In this document: piece by piece, positions 63,207 through 64,000 of the stretch | Position numbering within the stretch: the stretch's first letter is position 1 | Layout: every line of letters starts with the position of its first letter | Assembly: GCA_963803805.1 (NCBI GenBank) | Contig: CAWDOD010000006.1 | Span: 1 to 64,000, forward strand | Origin: an uncultured cyanobacterium | Lineage (GTDB): Bacteria; Cyanobacteriota; Cyanobacteriia; Cyanobacteriales; CAWCAG01 | Direction of reading: 5' to 3' | DNA: 64,000 nt | Position numbers and translations under genes: made by a program | Notes under the pieces: generated by a model | Seen by the model: the letters and a program-made list of their open reading frames with translations, nothing else | Database searches by the model: none | Told to the model about the DNA's origin: nothing

Positions 63207-63630
63207 AGTTTTTTTTTGCGCTCAATGTTTCAGGGTTTTGCTTTTCCCTCCAATTACCAAGGTAAGACAATCTGTCTAGTTAGGGGAGATCGCAATGCTT
63301 AATTTACCGCTTTCTTTGGTTTTTTTTCAGGATCTCTGTGAACAAAAAAGAGCAGTTTGAGCAGATTTAATGTTTGTTTAACTTTTGCTTAGGACTCTGT
63401 TAAATAAAGATAAATTTTTCTTGGGGCTAGAACATAGCAATCTTGAAGAATACCTAAAGCTAGAGAACTTTTCTTGAAAGAAGACTAGATGATGAACATA
63501 AGGAAGTCGACTCAACCACCCAAGAGCAGCAAAAAGCTCTCCTTCTTTGTTTCCCAATATTTGCTAGCTTGATAGGTAAGAGTATTAACTTCTATTAGCT
63601 GGATGAACTTAAGATAAGCACTAAAGCGTT

Positions 63631-64000
63631 ATGGCAGAATCAGTAATTCACCCAAAAATTACTTCTCCCCGAAAAAATTCTCACTCCAGAAATATTATTC
63701 ATAGCTTAGTCTGGAAAATTGTGATCGCTACTTGGTTATTAATGGCGGTGGGTAGCGCTACGCGGGTTATGAATGCTGGGCTGGCTTGTCCTGATTGGCC
63801 CTTATGTTACGGTCAACTCATCCCTAGCCAGCAGATGAATCTTCAAGTATTTCTAGAATGGTTTCATCGCTTAGATGCCGGCTTGATTGGTCTTAGTACT
63901 CTAATTTTAGTTGCTATAAGTTGGTGGTATCGTCGGAATCTCCCGACTTGGCTACCTTGGGCGGCTTTATTTGCCCTCAGCTTAATTGTTTTTCAAGCTG
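63631..64000 (+). CDS. ctaA: Heme A synthase (COX15/CtaA), partial, runs off the window
   Basis: Own translation from ATG 63631: ...VGSATRVMNAGLACPDWPLCYGQL...FLEWFHRL; divergent from ctaCDE; absent from the ORF track because there is no stop in the window. Confidence 0.9.
   Translation, partial: MAESVIHPKITSPRKNSHSRNIIHSLVWKIVIATWLLMAVGSATRVMNAGLACPDWPLCYGQLIPSQQMNLQVFLEWFHRLDAGLIGLSTLILVAISWWYRRNLPTWLPWAALFALSLIVFQA

Noticed and set aside
1-64000. tRNA, rRNA, intact transposase, integrase or prophage genes
   Set aside because: None recognised in the ORF track or in intergenic sequence read by eye

Overview
AT-rich cyanobacterial chromosomal segment, recognisable by frequent HIP1 octamers (GCGATCGC), chlH, opcA and Uma2 genes. 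Left to right: two tandem HD-type phosphohydrolase paralogues, an LpxB-like gene and chlH. An ~18 kb ABC-transporter (Wzm/Wzt)-dependent surface-glycan locus follows, with rmlA/C/D, several methyltransferases and a giant 1831-aa methyltransferase/coiled-coil/triple-glycosyltransferase protein whose coiled coil is encoded by a 13 x 21-bp tandem repeat. Then come aspA, prxQ, an Ntn acylase, a deleted GmrSD remnant, a stand-alone EF-G paralogue, ugd/uxs, the fbp-tal-zwf-opcA operon, chorismate lyase, Fed2-type ferredoxin, accC, murF, ispG, ctaCDE and the start of ctaA. Main observations: (1) the giant glycan synthase, with a possible repeat-tunable molecular ruler; (2) five single-base frameshifts in conserved genes (chlH, opcA, chorismate lyase, ctaE, ctaD), all at GGGCC/GGCCC sites, most likely a methylation-linked sequencing artefact; (3) a family of long-loop GTAG REP-like hairpins plus heptamer and small dispersed repeats. 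No rRNA, tRNA, CRISPR array or intact transposase was recognised. All calls come from reading motifs by eye; no database search was run.
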